Origin: Candidatus Micrarchaeia archaeon
GTDB taxonomy: Archaea > Micrarchaeota > Micrarchaeia > CABMEP01
Assembly (NCBI GenBank): GCA_038886535.1
Contig: JAVZXS010000003.1
Coordinates: 15,080-79,079, forward strand
Direction of reading: 5' to 3'
DNA length: 64,000 nucleotides
The notes below the pieces were generated by a model. That model saw only the letters and a list, made by a program, of their open reading frames with translations, ran no database searches and was not told the DNA's origin. Both the position numbers and the translations under genes were made by a program. This document shows positions 1 to 8,797 of this stretch, in pieces (the first letter of the stretch is position 1; every line of letters begins with the position of its first letter).

Positions 1-59
1 TTCTTTTCTGGGTTCTTCAGACACCACCTCAGCAAGTAAACACGCAAACAAACAGCACA

Positions 60-506
60 ATGAGAGGAAATATAGAGCAATTCAAGGAATCTTTGCTTAA
101 TGCAGAAGGAATCATAATAATAGATAAGGTTACGGGCCTTTCAAGCGAAAAAGCAAGATACGTTTATGCATGCGGAGCAGGTCTTGCAGGAAGCTGGGGC
201 AAGATCGGGAAGGACATATCCAATCTATACACATTTGTAATAGACGGAGAGGAATGCACATACAGCAGTCCTAGAATAATAAACAACGAACTCTCTCATG
301 AGTCTACAGCCACAAACACTAACGAATGCATTAAGAAGATAAAAGAGATGCAGAAGAATCCACTTTATGTGACATTTGAAATCAATTATGGTCCACTATA
401 TTCAATTTATGAGACACATGCAGCCTATCTGTTCGTGAACGAAGACTTTGTTGAAGAATGCTCTTTCAGGACTTCAGAAACAGTGCCTACAATCACTGGA
501 CAGTAA
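60..506 (+). CDS. hypothetical protein; the frame stays open back to position 3, so the true start may lie upstream of the window
   Basis: 148-aa ORF with no motif I recognise; in-frame codons 3-59 contain no stop. Confidence 0.4.
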   Translation: MRGNIEQFKESLLNAEGIIIIDKVTGLSSEKARYVYACGAGLAGSWGKIGKDISNLYTFVIDGEECTYSSPRIINNELSHESTATNTNECIKKIKEMQKNPLYVTFEINYGPLYSIYETHAAYLFVNEDFVEECSFRTSETVPTITGQ

Positions 507-554
507 ACAATCAATTTATGCATAAAAAGAGTTTTTCTATTTTTTATTTTTATT

Positions 555-3305
555 TCATTTGTATCTAAGCAATCCGCCTATTCCTTTGAATCCTGCTAAA
601 AACTGCTTTCCTTCCGGACTGTCTTCAGGAATCAATTCCACTTCTATTCCATGCTTCTCCGCTTTCTCATAAGCTTCATCAAACAACTCTTCCTTGCTTA
701 TTATGTTCTTAATCTTGCTTCCATTGCTGCACCTGAGTTCTCTTTCTTCTTTTTCTTCTATTTCGCCGTCTATAAATATTTCTTCTTGTCCTGAATCGCA
801 TTCTACGATAAGATGGGTAATATCTAATCCTTCAGAAAGCAACAAAGTTCCTAATTTACCAGAGTTCATTGCTTCTATTGTTTCTTTAGGCCCATAAACT
901 GCAAGACCGCCCTTTGCAACTTCTCCGAAAAATCTTTCAAGAAGCTGCCTTTGCTTCTTTGCCTTCTCCTCAGAAATCAAATCAACTGCTTTTCGTGCAA
1001 GCTCTTGAATCCCATAATCGTCAACATAACCAGTATCAAGGACAGCTAAGATCTGAAATTGATAATTGAAAGGTTTCATTTTCAAAAAGTTTTCTTTCAC
1101 AGGCCCAGGTCCGCCCACTATAACTTTCTTAATTCCAGATGGTATAAGCGTTTCATTCATTGCATCTCCAACTCTCCTATAATAATCTTCTACAAGCTCT
1201 TCCACAAAACGTTGATACCTGGCCGCACTGTTGTGAACTATTATTCCATTGACTACAAAATTTTCAGTCTCGGGTACTGAAAGATCATAAAAATATTCAT
1301 TTGGGTTTTGTATTTTTTCTATCCTAATAATTTTTGGATACACAGCTTCATATTCTAGAGTTCTTTTTAAATATTCTAATATTGCAATGCCATGTTGATA
1401 TACTTTTTCATCTTGATTTTGTTTATATTTCATTTCTTTTTTTATCGCATTTTCAAAATAAGGTAAAACTTTTTCCATAAATACTTTTCGAGACATTCGT
1501 TTTTTATCTGCAAAAAACATGTTAATATTTGGGAAGTCTCTTGTGTTTAGACCTAATTCTCTGGCCAAAGCAATTACTTCTTTTCCGCTTACAGATATCT
1601 GTCGTATATTATCAGCTCTTTTTTTCGTTATTCTATTACATTTCTCATCTTTAGAGATAGAGGAGAATCCGATTCTATTTTTAAATATATTTATTGAATC
1701 TAAGTCATTTATTTCTAGGAACCAAACTCCAATCTGATCTGTTTTTTTCCAATACACCGAACTTATTATTCCAAATCTAAGGAGCGCATATCTTAACTTT
1801 TCAATTATATTTCTACTTCGCATTCCTATTCCTATCCTGTTTGTGACAAATCCTTCAGCGTCAAAAAGTCCGCTAATAAATGCAGCTAATAGATTATCAG
1901 GCAATTTTATGATGTCATTAGGTATATCCCGTAAATTACTTTTTGCTATTAATTCAGGATATTTATTCTCAATTTCGTCACTTAGCCATTTGCTGTATAT
2001 TCTTAACTCGTATAAATTTTTCTTTTTGCATTTTCTAATCTTAGTTTTCAATCCAAACTCAATTTCACATATTTTAGAATAAATTTCCAGATTTTCTTTA
2101 TCTCGATCATATAAAATTATTCGGTTATTATCTTTTGTTCCATCTCCAGCTATGTATCCAAAAAGTCGACAAATTCCTTCTGTATAATAAGATGGAATAG
2201 CAATTATCTTATCTTTTGGAATTAATTTTGTATCGAGCTTATAATATTCAAGAATCTTAGGTAAGATCTTGCTATCTTCCATCTTTCGTTTTCCAAGTTC
2301 TAAGCTTGATATTGTTGTTTGACTAATTCCTAAATCATCTGCCACTCTTTTCTGAGTTAGATTAAGTTCTTTTCTTCTTTGTCTTAGAATTTCTCTTAAT
2401 TTGCTATCTAATTTGTAAACTTCTTTTATTTCAAGCGGTAACTCTGTTTCTTTTCCTTTTATTTCAAAATTAGATATGTGAATAAGTCTATCTCCGACTT
2501 TTAATTCATCTACATATTTTTCCCTGATAGAATTCTCAGTTTCTTTCACAAAGAACAAGTGTTCAGGAGTTGCTATTATTTCTGTTCTAGGATGTTTCGT
2601 AATTATTTTATATGCAATATTAGTTTTTCTTTTCATAACTCTATTGCAAGTTGAGAATTTATATCTTTGTTGAGTAAAATCATAACTAAGCACTCTGTCG
2701 CCTTCTCTTACTTGTGATATTGGTATGATCATTCCATTTTCTAACTGAACCATTCCATCTTCTCTTATGCATGATCCACCTTTTGTTGACTTACTAGGTC
2801 CGGTTGTAGTAAGTCGTTTTAATATCTTTGTAACATTTCCTTCAAGCACTCCAATTGTTGCTTCCTTTCCATCTATTGTAATCAATCCATACTTTTCCTT
2901 AACTTTACCCTGTTCTGCAAGTGGCTCTAAAATAAATTCAGAATCGCATCTGTAAATACTCACCTGAATAGGAAGCGGCGGCTCAATAGAAAAGAGCTGT
3001 ATGTCTGTTTTTCCTGGATCCTTTGATATATTCCCACAGAATATTGCCAATCCTTTGTCTGGGGTTTTCCTAAAGAACTTAAGATAATTGATTATCTTGT
3101 CGATTGCATCTTGGACGTTTGTTCTTGTTGTTTTTGATTTAATGTTTCCTGCCTGCCCATGCTCAGATCGTAATTTATTAACTACCTCAGTTAATGGATA
3201 TCCAGCAGGAACATATAGACTTATTAGCTCTGTTCCACTGCCTCTTATCTTTCCAAGCTTGTTTAGCAGTTTCATTAATTCTCTTTTTTTCTTATCCGCA
3301 GCCAT
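555..3305 (-). CDS. prf1: peptide chain release factor aRF1 interrupted by a 514-aa intein (exteins 178 + 224 aa = 402 aa)
   Basis: NIKS motif (AGNIKSK), YxCxxxF (YRCDSEF), catalytic-loop context STKGGS...SAARYQRF, and a typical aRF1 C-terminal domain. The extein total of about 400 aa fits aRF1. Confidence 0.9.
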   Translation of the reverse strand: MAADKKKRELMKLLNKLGKIRGSGTELISLYVPAGYPLTEVVNKLRSEHGQAGNIKSKTTRTNVQDAIDKIINYLKFFRKTPDKGLAIFCGNISKDPGKTDIQLFSIEPPLPIQVSIYRCDSEFILEPLAEQGKVKEKYGLITIDGKEATIGVLEGNVTKILKRLTTTGPSKSTKGGSCIREDGMVQLENGMIIPISQVREGDRVLSYDFTQQRYKFSTCNRVMKRKTNIAYKIITKHPRTEIIATPEHLFFVKETENSIREKYVDELKVGDRLIHISNFEIKGKETELPLEIKEVYKLDSKLREILRQRRKELNLTQKRVADDLGISQTTISSLELGKRKMEDSKILPKILEYYKLDTKLIPKDKIIAIPSYYTEGICRLFGYIAGDGTKDNNRIILYDRDKENLEIYSKICEIEFGLKTKIRKCKKKNLYELRIYSKWLSDEIENKYPELIAKSNLRDIPNDIIKLPDNLLAAFISGLFDAEGFVTNRIGIGMRSRNIIEKLRYALLRFGIISSVYWKKTDQIGVWFLEINDLDSINIFKNRIGFSSISKDEKCNRITKKRADNIRQISVSGKEVIALARELGLNTRDFPNINMFFADKKRMSRKVFMEKVLPYFENAIKKEMKYKQNQDEKVYQHGIAILEYLKRTLEYEAVYPKIIRIEKIQNPNEYFYDLSVPETENFVVNGIIVHNSAARYQRFVEELVEDYYRRVGDAMNETLIPSGIKKVIVGGPGPVKENFLKMKPFNYQFQILAVLDTGYVDDYGIQELARKAVDLISEEKAKKQRQLLERFFGEVAKGGLAVYGPKETIEAMNSGKLGTLLLSEGLDITHLIVECDSGQEEIFIDGEIEEKEERELRCSNGSKIKNIISKEELFDEAYEKAEKHGIEVELIPEDSPEGKQFLAGFKGIGGLLRYK
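1230..2771 (-). mobile_element. intein (Hint domain + XRE-like HTH + LAGLIDADG homing-endonuclease domain) inside aRF1
   Basis: Starts at Cys179 (CIREDG, TGC at 2771-2769) and has block B ATPEHLF. LAGLIDADG motifs are LFGYIAGDGT and AFISGLFDAEGFV. It ends NGIIVHN (Asn692 at 1232-1230) followed by Ser693 (AGT at 1229-1227). Confidence 0.85.
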
Positions 3306-3439
3306 TTTATCACATATTCATTTATTTTCTTAGTTTCATTTATTTTTAGTTTCAAAATTTAAATTATAATATACTTAATATCTTTTAATCTATAAAGAAA
3401 TAAAAAGCTACACCTATTTTTTAGGTGTAGTCAGTTTTA

Positions 3440-4744
3440 CTAAATTTTCTTTACAGGCTCGATTCTTTCCTTTCCAAAATAAGGAACAACTGCCTTTGGA
3501 ATGATTATAGAACCATCTCTATCCTGGTGGTTTTCCATTATTGCAACTATCGCCCTTGGTGTTGCAATTGCAGTACTATTTAGAGTGTGAACATATTCTT
3601 TTCCTTCAGCTCCAACCTTTCCATATCTAATATTCAATCTTATGGCTTGGTAAGATGTGCAGTTGCTGCATGAGATCATTTCTCTGTAGGTATTCTGTGC
3701 AGGCATCCATGCCTCAAGATCATATTTCTTTGCAGCTACAATTCCAATCTCACCAGTACATATGTTGACTATTCTGTAAGGAACCTCAATCTTTTGGAAT
3801 ATCTCTTCAGCATTTCTTATTAACTCTTCATGAATATTCCAAGAATCCTCAGGTTTGCAAAAGACAAACTGTTCTATCTTGTTGAATTGATGCACTCTAA
3901 ATATTCCTTTCGTGTCTTTTCCATGCGCCCCAGCTTCTTTTCTAAAACATGCACTAATTCCAACATACTTAAGCGGCAACCTTTCTTCTTCAATTATTTC
4001 ATTCATATGCATTGCCGCTATTGGATGTTCAGAAGTAGAAATTAGATAGAGGTCTTCTCCTTCTATCTTGTAAAGAGCTTCCTCGAAAGTGCCAAGGTCA
4101 GTTACGCCTTCATAAGGCTTTCTCTTAAGCATGAAAGGCGGATAAATAGGAGTGAAGCCTTTCTTGACCATAAGGTCCATTACCATTCTTTGTAATGCCA
4201 TATCTAAGAGCACAAGGTCATTCTTTAGATAATAAAATCTGGCTCCCGAAACCTCTGCAGCTTTTTCTATATTTGCTCCGTCTATAACTGGCAATAGATC
4301 AACATGGCTTTTTAATTCAAACCCATAGTCTTCTTTTGTTTTTGGCTTGCCCCATGTTCTTACAACCTGATTATCATTTTCATCTTTTCCAAAAGGAACA
4401 GACTCATGCAATATATTTGGAAGGCGCATCAAATAAAATCGTACCTTTTCTTGCAGCTCTTCCATTTTTGCTTCTGCTTGCTTTATTTTTTCAGGAATTT
4501 CAGATGCTTTTTTCTTATATTCTTCAGCTTTTGCTTTATCTCCTTTTTTCATTGCGTCTGCGATCTGTCTTGTTACTTGGTTTCTTTCAGATCTAAGTTT
4601 TTCAACCTCTGCAAGTAATTCCCTATATTGTTTATCTTTTTCTATCAGATCTTCAAGCCACTGGATCTTTTCTAGATCTTGTCTTTTTTCAAGATCTGCT
4701 CTTACAATTTCAGGATTCTTTCTTATAAGTTTGATATCTAGCAT
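3440..4744 (-). CDS. serS: seryl-tRNA synthetase
   Basis: N-terminal coiled-coil arm (MLDIKLIRKNPE...), class II motif 2 (FRKEAGAHGKDTKGIFRVHQF) and motif 3 (LNSTAIATPRAIVAIMENHQ). The ATG at 4744 is preferred over the GTG at 4753. Confidence 0.9.
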   Translation of the reverse strand: MLDIKLIRKNPEIVRADLEKRQDLEKIQWLEDLIEKDKQYRELLAEVEKLRSERNQVTRQIADAMKKGDKAKAEEYKKKASEIPEKIKQAEAKMEELQEKVRFYLMRLPNILHESVPFGKDENDNQVVRTWGKPKTKEDYGFELKSHVDLLPVIDGANIEKAAEVSGARFYYLKNDLVLLDMALQRMVMDLMVKKGFTPIYPPFMLKRKPYEGVTDLGTFEEALYKIEGEDLYLISTSEHPIAAMHMNEIIEEERLPLKYVGISACFRKEAGAHGKDTKGIFRVHQFNKIEQFVFCKPEDSWNIHEELIRNAEEIFQKIEVPYRIVNICTGEIGIVAAKKYDLEAWMPAQNTYREMISCSNCTSYQAIRLNIRYGKVGAEGKEYVHTLNSTAIATPRAIVAIMENHQDRDGSIIIPKAVVPYFGKERIEPVKKI

Positions 4745-5041
4745 ACATGACACCTTTATTCTTATTATTGTTAAAACACTCTCTAAATGTTATTAGAATC
4801 TAAGTTTTTTTAACCTTTGTGAGCTAAGACCCAATTACATGCTTGCGGTTTTTCTGTATTTTAATAAAGATAATTAATTAGTATTAATTTATTTTTAAAT
4901 TGCTATATTCACTTCAATCATGGAAAAGATGTACTCATTTACTTTATTATCTATTTTTGCATCATTATTTCTAATGTAATGTCATCCATATAAAAATAAA
5001 ATGGATTAAGTTAGCTTATTTTATAGTTTTTATCTCATTGT

Positions 5042-6196
5042 ATGTTTTTATCAACAATACAAAAACTTTATATCTCTATTTTATCTAATAATCTTATGGT
5101 TCTAAAGATGAAAGAGACAGTTAAAAGTTTTGAGCAAAATAAGATAAACAAAAGCATCGAACAGCTTGAAAAATCAACACAATCTGCAATGAATTCTTTG
5201 AAAAATGTGCCTGGTCTTGTAATCATTTCTGAAAACGATTTATCTAAAATATTCTCAGAATTAAAAGAAAAGGCAAAGAAAATAAAGACAGAAGAAGACA
5301 AGAAAAAATTTTTTGAACATTATTCATTAGTTGCAAGTATGTGCCAATCCTACATAGAAGCAGCTAACGATTGGCAATCAATAAAGGAAGCAGGTTTGAA
5401 GGCCGTTTCTTTTTATTTAGGAGTGGATGAAAAATCTACAGAATCACCATCTTCCGCTATTATCTCTTCTGCTTTTATAGCTTTAGGAGTAGGTCAATTT
5501 AAAAAAATAAAAGATTTGAAAAATATCGCAAAGGCGGAAAAAATAAAAGAATTAGAAAAGACAGCTCCAAATACCGCGAGGGCTTTAATTAGGTTAGGGG
5601 AGAAGATAGACGAGTACGAGAAAAAAATTAATGGCCTAATAGCAAAAGAAAAAGAGTTTTTGATTTCTTTGGCAAAAGGTAGATTACGTTCAATCGGATT
5701 AAGAAGCGTAGCTGAGGTCAAGACTTTCTTTTCTGACCAGAATGTTATAAAAACTATGAAAGAAATGGATTCAAACTCAAGAAAGTCATTTATAATAAAG
5801 AATATCATAAATGAAGAAGACTTATTAATTAAAGAATCAGATCCAATTGAAATAAAAAGACAGAAAGAATTAGTAAGAAACCTATTGTTTCATTTGAAGA
5901 CTTCGGAACATTTACCTTTAGGAAAACTATCATCTGAAAAATCAATCGAAATGAAAGAGATAATTTCAAATTATATAGTTAAAGGAGGAACAGAAATAGA
6001 AGCAAACAAAATTTTAAGTGAAATTTCAACAAGAATTCAATATGCTGGAAAGCAAATAGGAGAACTCTGGCTTAAATCAGATTTAAATGACGAGGTTTTT
6101 AGAGGAATTTCTCACGATTTTAGAGATTTATTTTCAACAATTTCAATGTTTAGGGAATTGCTATCCGCTCAAATTAAAAAACATGTCATGATCTAA
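5042..6196 (+). CDS. hypothetical protein, Lys/Glu-rich helical with one central hydrophobic segment
   Basis: 384-aa ORF with no recognisable catalytic motif. The start is uncertain; an internal Met (MKETVKS) is possible. Confidence 0.5.
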   Translation: MFLSTIQKLYISILSNNLMVLKMKETVKSFEQNKINKSIEQLEKSTQSAMNSLKNVPGLVIISENDLSKIFSELKEKAKKIKTEEDKKKFFEHYSLVASMCQSYIEAANDWQSIKEAGLKAVSFYLGVDEKSTESPSSAIISSAFIALGVGQFKKIKDLKNIAKAEKIKELEKTAPNTARALIRLGEKIDEYEKKINGLIAKEKEFLISLAKGRLRSIGLRSVAEVKTFFSDQNVIKTMKEMDSNSRKSFIIKNIINEEDLLIKESDPIEIKRQKELVRNLLFHLKTSEHLPLGKLSSEKSIEMKEIISNYIVKGGTEIEANKILSEISTRIQYAGKQIGELWLKSDLNDEVFRGISHDFRDLFSTISMFRELLSAQIKKHVMI

Positions 6197-6233
6197 GGTA
6201 AGCGATTAAAAATCTTGTTTTTCATTATAAAAT

Positions 6234-6965
6234 ATGGCAACAAAAAGTAAAAAATTCTCAGATAGGGGTTTTCAAACAGTCGGGGATAACAAGTTTATTA
6301 TTTCTGTTGGTGGCTCTTTGATAGTCCCAGAAAAAATAGATACAAAATTCATTTCTTCTTTTAAGGAATTTATCACAAAGATGGCTTCAAATTCCTTCCG
6401 TTTTATTATTATTTGTGGCGGGGGTAAAACCGCAAGATTATACCAATCAGCTGCAAAAGAATTGGTAGAAGTTTCAAATGAGGATTTAGATTGGCTAGGA
6501 ATTCATTCTACTAGATTAAACGCCCATTTAATGAAAACAGTTTTAGGAGATATATGTTATAAAAGAATTCTTAAGAATCCAACTGAAAAGGTAGATTTTG
6601 GTAGAAGTAAAGTTATTGTTGCTGCAGGTTGGAAGCCAGGCTTCTCAACAGATTATGATGCAGTTATATTTGCAAAGACATATGGGATAAAGAATATAAT
6701 CAATCTGACCAACGTTGATTATGTTTATGACAAGAATCCAAAACAATTCAAAGACGCAAGACCATTTAAAGAGATAAGCTGGAAATACTACAGGAAGCTT
6801 GTCGGCGACAAATGGAGTCCAGGATTGAATGCTCCCTTTGATCCTGTTGCAGCAAAGGAAGCAGAAAAATTAGGATTAACTGTTTATATTTTGAACGGAA
6901 ACAATATGAAAAATTTAGAAAATCTTTTAGAAGGAAAGGAATTTATTGGAACTACTATAAAATAA
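6234..6965 (+). CDS. pyrH: archaeal-type UMP kinase (amino-acid kinase fold)
   Basis: VGGSLIVPE, ICGGGKTARLY, GWKPGFSTDYDA, NVDYVYDKNP and DPVAAK blocks align with archaeal PyrH. Confidence 0.7.
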   Translation: MATKSKKFSDRGFQTVGDNKFIISVGGSLIVPEKIDTKFISSFKEFITKMASNSFRFIIICGGGKTARLYQSAAKELVEVSNEDLDWLGIHSTRLNAHLMKTVLGDICYKRILKNPTEKVDFGRSKVIVAAGWKPGFSTDYDAVIFAKTYGIKNIINLTNVDYVYDKNPKQFKDARPFKEISWKYYRKLVGDKWSPGLNAPFDPVAAKEAEKLGLTVYILNGNNMKNLENLLEGKEFIGTTIK

Positions 6966-6989
6966 ACAGCAAAATGATGGGATTTATAG

Positions 6990-7450
6990 TCATTCCACCT
7001 TTACGATCCTTACTCCTGCTTCCTTGAAAAGTTTGAATGCCTCCTTATCGGGATAATCTCCCTTGTATCTTACCTCTTTTATTCCTGCGTTTATTATCAT
7101 CTTCGCGCATATCCTGCAAGGAGGAGTGTTAACATATAGAATCGAATTATTGGAAGATACGCCATGATATGCACATTGTATTATTGCATTCTGCTCTGCA
7201 TGAACCGCTCTGCATATCTCATGTCTTGTTCCGCTCTCTATTTTTAACTTATCTCTTAAACATCCCTCTTCAAGGCAATCCGGCATCTTCTTTGGTGCTC
7301 CATTATATCCTGTAGAAAGTATTTGATTATCTTTGATGATTACCCTATCTTTCTTCTTCTGCAAGTAGCTCTAGTTGCAACATCATCGCATATTCTCATA
7401 AAGTATTCATCTAAGCTCGGTCTTTTCAACTTTTCAGATTTCTTTTCCAT
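6990..7450 (-). pseudogene. dCMP/CMP deaminase (ComEB-like) split by a 1-nt frameshift
   Basis: Downstream frame (7364-6990) carries HAEQNAI and PCRICAKM zinc motifs. The upstream frame from ATG 7450 encodes MEKKSEKLKRPSLDEYFMRICDDVATRATCRRRKIG and stops at TAA 7342-7340. One extra G in the GGG run (7343-7345) would fuse them as ...RRRKIGVIIKDNQILSTGYNG. Confidence 0.75.
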
Positions 7451-7530
7451 CTTATTACATTATAACATCAATTTAATTCCTTATATACCTTTACATCCCC
7501 CACTTAGAGTAATGTTTATATTATTATCAA

Positions 7531-8754
7531 ATGTTAATATATTTAGAGAATATGGATATGGCTAGCTTAAGGAAAATAAATATAAATGCAAAAGAATTAG
7601 ACGGAGTTTTAAACAATCTTGAGTTATCAAAGGATCAAAAAAATCAAATTAAAAAAAGTTTACAGGAATTAAGCAAAAATCTTAATCTTCAGCAAAGAGA
7701 TGATCTTAATTCTTTGTTTCAGACTTATTATAAAAAATCAGATTCTAAGTTTATTTCCCATCTTAAGGAGGCAGTAAACAATGATTTTTCAAAAATCAAA
7801 TCAGATCTTTCCGAATTTGCTAATTCTAATCTAACGAAGATAAAAGCGATTAATGCATTTGAAAAGAACATCAATCTCAATAAGTTTAATTCAGTCACTT
7901 CAGAGTTGACTATACAAGCTATAAATGAAATTAATTCTAGATTTTCTGATTTTATTTCTATACATATGAATGGAACGAATGTTTCTGCTTCTTTGAATGT
8001 TATTAATTTAATCAGATTATCCCCACAAGATGTTCAATCAAAAAAATTAGGGAAGGTTCCTGTAAGTTCTATTGTTAAGGTATTTGAAAATAACAATATA
8101 AACAAAATAAATGTAAATAAACAAATCATCGAAGGTTTTAGAAGCAAATCAATAATGGATCAATCAAGTGCATTAAATAAGGCACTTGGAGAAGAAGTAA
8201 TCAATCCTGTAAAGGACGTTAATGATGCAGTAAATCTTATTGCTTCTTCCTTCTGTAAGTCGAGGCCTCGTGATGCAATTTCTGAGGAAGAGACATCAGG
8301 AAGAAGCTCAATTTTATTTACCAAAGGTCCAACTGCCTCTACAGGGATTATCGAAGCTTATAATTTTAATATGGGTTTAAAATACATGCCACTAAATGGA
8401 GCCGGTGTGCAATCATCTTTGTCAGGTTCTATCGTTAAATTCAATTTTTCAAAGCAAACTCACATACAGAAAGGTCTTGATTTAACAGCAAATTTCTCTA
8501 TTGGTGCAGCATTTGTAAAGGGAGGTGCTTCTCTGGTTATCGGTGATTACAGCGAAAAATTATATTCTTTAGATAAGATTATTCCAGTTGCATCAGCAGA
8601 AGTAGGATTCAATTATAATTTCAACAAAGATGTTTTATTTAGATCTACTGTTTCTTTTGTTCCTGGTGTAAATACATCATTTGAAAATAATAAATTTAAA
8701 TTTACACCTAAAGTGCAGAATAGTGTGTCTGCATCAATTTCAGTCAAAATATAA
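7531..8754 (+). CDS. hypothetical protein, Asn/Ser-rich N-terminal half and beta-strand-like C-terminal third
   Basis: 407-aa ORF with no recognised domain. The C-terminal about 120 aa show alternating hydrophobic/polar strand-like periodicity. Confidence 0.5.
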   Translation: MLIYLENMDMASLRKININAKELDGVLNNLELSKDQKNQIKKSLQELSKNLNLQQRDDLNSLFQTYYKKSDSKFISHLKEAVNNDFSKIKSDLSEFANSNLTKIKAINAFEKNINLNKFNSVTSELTIQAINEINSRFSDFISIHMNGTNVSASLNVINLIRLSPQDVQSKKLGKVPVSSIVKVFENNNINKINVNKQIIEGFRSKSIMDQSSALNKALGEEVINPVKDVNDAVNLIASSFCKSRPRDAISEEETSGRSSILFTKGPTASTGIIEAYNFNMGLKYMPLNGAGVQSSLSGSIVKFNFSKQTHIQKGLDLTANFSIGAAFVKGGASLVIGDYSEKLYSLDKIIPVASAEVGFNYNFNKDVLFRSTVSFVPGVNTSFENNKFKFTPKVQNSVSASISVKI

Positions 8755-8797
8755 AAAAAAGAATAAAAATTAAAAAGAACAAATAGATGCATTGGTT

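Noticed and set aside
7340-7342. Possible stop-codon readthrough or reassignment of TAA in dCMP deaminase
   Set aside because: Reading through in frame gives ...KIG-x-SSKII, which does not match the family. Only a -1 shift restores VIIKDNQILSTGYNG. All other genes in the window terminate normally with the standard code.
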